Origin: Clostridiales bacterium
Lineage (GTDB): Bacteria; Bacillota; Clostridia; Christensenellales; Aristaeellaceae
DNA: 53,619 bases
Reading direction: 5' to 3'
Assembly (NCBI GenBank): GCA_004557805.1
Contig: SFFS01000008.1
Coordinates: 1 to 53,619, forward strand
Position 1 is the stretch's first letter; every line of letters starts with the position of its first letter. The notes under the pieces were generated by a model that saw only the letters and a program-made list of their open reading frames with translations, did no database searches and was not told the DNA's origin. The position numbers and the translations under genes were made by a program. Shown piece by piece: positions 51,437 through 53,619 of this stretch.

Positions 51437-51539
51437 GAAACGTCTCCTTTGATTTTTGTCTTTCAAAACAGTATACCGCGAAACGGGCGAAAAGAAAAGA
51501 GCCGCCCGGCGTTTTTTGCGCCCGGCGGCCGTGCGGACG

Positions 51540-51950
51540 TCAACGCCCGCGATGTTTGGCTTTCTTCTTTTCCTGCCGGAGCGCGAAGCGGCGCGCCTCT
51601 TCGGCTTCGTTCCGCGCTTTCTGGCGCTGACGGCGCGCCGATTTGCTTTCCTCGCGCGCGGCGGCAAGCGCCTGCTGGGATTTCGTGCCGATAGCCGCGT
51701 CGAGCATGCGCGCCGCCTGCCGCTGTCTGCGCTTGGGGTTGGCCGCCGCCGGACGCAGGGAAGCGCCCTCCACCGGCGGAGAGAACCGCAGCGCGGGATA
51801 AACCGCGGCAAGCCACTCATACACCTCGCGGTCGCTCGGCTGCGCGCCGAAAACATGGCGTGAAACGGTGAGCGCGCCGCGCTCAACGCGTTCAAACAGG
51901 CCGCACCAGAAAGGATCTTCGAAGAAAACCGTCAGTGTAACGGAAACCAT
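51540..51950 (-). CDS. yjdF: YjdF family protein (DUF2992)
   Basis: LTVFFEDPFWCGLFERVERGALTVSRHVFGAQPSDREVYEWL..., NPKRRQRQAARML and the EKKKAKHRGR tail closely parallel Bacillus YjdF. Confidence 0.88.
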   Translation of the reverse strand: MVSVTLTVFFEDPFWCGLFERVERGALTVSRHVFGAQPSDREVYEWLAAVYPALRFSPPVEGASLRPAAANPKRRQRQAARMLDAAIGTKSQQALAAAREESKSARRQRQKARNEAEEARRFALRQEKKKAKHRGR

Positions 51951-52077
51951 TACACAGCCTCCTGTTCTGCCGCTTCATTTTTGTGGAAAGCGGACGACCC
52001 CAGGAGGGGAGGGTTACTGACGGCGCAGTGCCGCGCCCGGACTACCGGCCGGACCGTGTTTTTCTTTCCGAAGCGAT
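51951..52077 (-). ncRNA. Structured 5' leader of yjdF, a candidate yjdF-class riboswitch
   Basis: A ~127-nt leader lies between a good promoter (52084-52112) and the start codon. It contains a perfect anti-SD (CCUCCUG; plus-strand 52001-52007) complementary to the SD region (CAGGAGG; 51958-51964) and several nested GC helices. yjdF genes are the known context of the yjdF RNA motif. Confidence 0.45.
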
Positions 52078-52083
52078 GGAAAC

Positions 52084-52112
52084 AGTATACAGGAAAAAGG
52101 AACGGGATGCAA
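52084..52112 (-). promoter_or_regulatory. Candidate promoter of yjdF
   Basis: On the minus strand: TTGCAT (52112-52107), 17-nt spacer, TATACT (52089-52084). Confidence 0.5.
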
Positions 52113-52189
52113 ATGCGGCGCGATTTATGAATGGCCTGTAAACAGTTGTGTTCTTTATCCGAAAGGAAGAAACTTGCTTCGCGCGCCGA

Positions 52190-52218
52190 TTGACACAGCG
52201 TTTTATTTTTGATAAGAT
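52190..52218 (+). promoter_or_regulatory. Candidate promoter of the NusG-II/Gx transporter pair
   Basis: TTGACA (52190-52195), 17-nt spacer, TAAGAT (52213-52218), 39 nt upstream of ATG 52257. Confidence 0.5.
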
Positions 52219-52256
52219 GCACTTTGTATGCGGAATAGCGGAGGAGATGCGGTTTC

Positions 52257-52973
52257 ATGAAAAAAAACGACCTGTGGATTATCGTGGCGGCGGCTGTCTG
52301 CGCCGCAGCGCTTCTGATTGGCTCGAAGTTCGTCGATACCACGCCGAAGAACCGGCAGCTCGGCACGCCGGAGGGCGTGACGCTTGAATTCTCGACCGTA
52401 ACGCCCAGGGCGAGCGGCAGCGCGCTGTCGTGGCTGTTCGCCAGCGCGAGCGCGGAAGAAGCGCCCGCAGAGCAGGCGGCGGAGGATTCTTCCGCGCAGA
52501 GCGCGGAAAAAACGGAGCTCGCGCCCGTCGATCTGGACGATGAAACGATCGCGAAGCTCGAAGCGTGGGGCCTGCTTCCGGCCGAAAGCTATCTGGTGGT
52601 GTGGATGGGCGATTATTTCCAGCCCGTGCCGCTGATTGAGGAGCTGGAAGGCCAGCAGCTGCGGATCAAGATTTCCGAAACCGATTACAATATCATCGAG
52701 GTGGGCAAGAACCGTTTCGATATGTATGAAGCCAGCTGCCCCGACCAGGTGTGCATCACCGAGGGCGAAGTGACGCTGGCCGATCGCGAGACGCGCCTGC
52801 TGGGCAGCTACATCATCTGCATGCCCAACGGCCTTGTGCTGGAAATGCGCAGCGCCGAGGAACTGCTTGAGCTGCTCGATACGTCCGACGCGCAGGCGCC
52901 GGAGGTGGAGATCCCCGAAGAAATGCAGAACGCGGACGAAACCGCGGAGGCCGCGAATGAAGAAAAACGTTAA
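52257..52973 (+). CDS. NusG domain II-containing membrane-anchored protein
   Basis: N-terminal TM segment, an acidic Ala/Glu-rich linker, and a C-terminal beta-rich domain (IIEVGKNRFDMYEASCPDQVCITEG...IICMPNGLVLEM) typical of the NusG_II family that pairs with Gx transporters. Confidence 0.75.
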   Translation: MKKNDLWIIVAAAVCAAALLIGSKFVDTTPKNRQLGTPEGVTLEFSTVTPRASGSALSWLFASASAEEAPAEQAAEDSSAQSAEKTELAPVDLDDETIAKLEAWGLLPAESYLVVWMGDYFQPVPLIEELEGQQLRIKISETDYNIIEVGKNRFDMYEASCPDQVCITEGEVTLADRETRLLGSYIICMPNGLVLEMRSAEELLELLDTSDAQAPEVEIPEEMQNADETAEAANEEKR

Positions 52974-53481
52974 CAAGCTCACCTTCATGGCGCTGCTGAC
53001 GACGATCATGCTCATTCTCGGCTACATCGAGAGCCTGTTCCCCATTCCGGGCATTCCGGGCATCAAGCTGGGGCTGTCCAACAGCGTGCTGATGCTTGCG
53101 CTGTACTGGATGGGCGTGCCGGAAGCGTGCGTGCTGATGGTCATGAAGGTGCTGCTGAGCGGGCTGCTGTTCGGCGGCGTGTCGGGCATGCTGTACGCTT
53201 TTTCCGGCGGCGTGCTGAGCCTTGCCGTCATGAGCGTGCTGATTTACTGCTTCTGCTCTTTCAGCGTGATCGGCGTGGGCATCGCGGGCGCGGTGTGCCA
53301 CAACATCGGGCAGGTGCTGGCCGCGATGCTGGTGCTGCAAACGAACCGGCTGGTCTATTATATGGGCGTGCTGGTGCTGATCGCCATTGCGACGGGCGCG
53401 GCGACGGGCACGGTGGCCGCGCTGCTGATGAAGCATATCCCTCCGAAAGTGCGCGAGAGCGTGAAGAAAAAGAAAAACTGA
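52957..53481 (+). CDS. Gx transporter family protein (Hpre_diP_synt_I-like)
   Basis: LTFMALLTTIMLILGYIESLFPIPGIPGIKLGLSNSVLMLALY... with 5 TM segments. The start overlaps the preceding gene by 17 nt. Confidence 0.82.
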   Translation: MKKNVNKLTFMALLTTIMLILGYIESLFPIPGIPGIKLGLSNSVLMLALYWMGVPEACVLMVMKVLLSGLLFGGVSGMLYAFSGGVLSLAVMSVLIYCFCSFSVIGVGIAGAVCHNIGQVLAAMLVLQTNRLVYYMGVLVLIAIATGAATGTVAALLMKHIPPKVRESVKKKKN

Positions 53482-53553
53482 CGCAACGAAAAAACGCTGC
53501 GGAGCATGGCTTCGCGGCGTTTCAGACTGTCGAAAAAGTCCCAAGGAGAGTTT

Positions 53554-53573
53554 GAGAGGGCCGCAGCCCTCTC
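53554..53573. terminator. Shared terminator hairpin between convergent genes
   Basis: GAGAGGGC CGCA GCCCTCTC, with T-rich sequence on the right and A-rich sequence on the left. Confidence 0.6.
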
Positions 53574-53577
53574 ATCT

Positions 53578-53619
53578 TTAATCATTTTTGGCGACATGTG
53601 CGGCAAAAATGGCATTTTC
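53578..53619 (-). CDS. 3' end of a minus-strand gene entering from the right edge (product unknown)
   Basis: The minus strand reads ...ENAIFAAHVAKND* with TAA at 53580-53578, immediately followed by the terminator hairpin. Only 13 codons are visible. Confidence 0.3.
   Translation of the reverse strand, partial: ENAIFAAHVAKND

Noticed and set aside
51950-52366. A 138-aa minus-strand ORF covering the yjdF-nusG-II intergenic region.
   Set aside because: It would start inside the + strand NusG-II gene and run through both candidate promoters and the structured yjdF leader. It has no Shine-Dalgarno sequence and no domain-like sequence.

Overview
A 53.6 kb chromosomal segment from a high-GC, spore-forming Firmicute, probably Clostridia (spoIIR-like, sleB and ypeB are present; the taxon is an inference). 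I support about 55 protein-coding genes and found no rRNA, tRNA or CRISPR array. Content from left to right:
- An iron/polyamine-type ABC importer (tail of a binding protein, fused permease, ATPase) and an orphan amino-acid binding protein.
- A znuACB-like metal importer, a GNAT acetyltransferase and a GH51 arabinofuranosidase.
- A PPC/DUF296 protein, a GT2-TPR glycosyltransferase and a 78-aa HExxH protein.
- A 10-gene Mrp/Mbh-type cation:proton antiporter operon with four NuoL/M/N-like subunits.
- murA with an FmdB zinc-ribbon gene, an AlaX editing protein and an MGMT-like protein lacking the Cys.
- A P-II-like gene coupled to a CPA2 antiporter, then a small-alarmone-synthetase/TetR operon and a GH2 hydrolase.
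- An AT-richer island holding a GNAT gene and a roughly 4.4 kb integrative mobilizable element (relaxase, TnpV remnant, Xis, XRE regulator, tyrosine integrase) bounded by a 23-bp direct repeat.
- A LysR regulator with a secreted flavoprotein reductase carrying a C-terminal FMN-binding domain.
- An envelope glycosylation block (GT4, priming sugar transferase, YhhN-like protein) behind ispE.
- DUF1292, an EEP-family nuclease/phosphatase, uvrC and a GNAT.
- spoIIR-like, sleB, ypeB, htrA and a membrane protein.
- apbE, yjdF (DUF2992), and a NusG-II/Gx-transporter pair.

Most worth a second look:
- The redox-module-free Mrp/Mbh-type cluster.
- The P-II-like/antiporter pair.
- The GH2 gene, which has no usable in-frame start and abuts the divergent alarmone synthetase start codon.
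- The mobile element's collided convergent mob/tnpV ORFs and its flanking repeats.
- The secreted flavinylatable reductase and its possible partner ApbE.
- A Shine-Dalgarno-sequestering hairpin in front of htrA.
- A probable yjdF riboswitch.

I did not find a convincing, clearly novel multi-gene system such as a defence island. All homology statements come from reading the translated ORFs by eye, with no database search.
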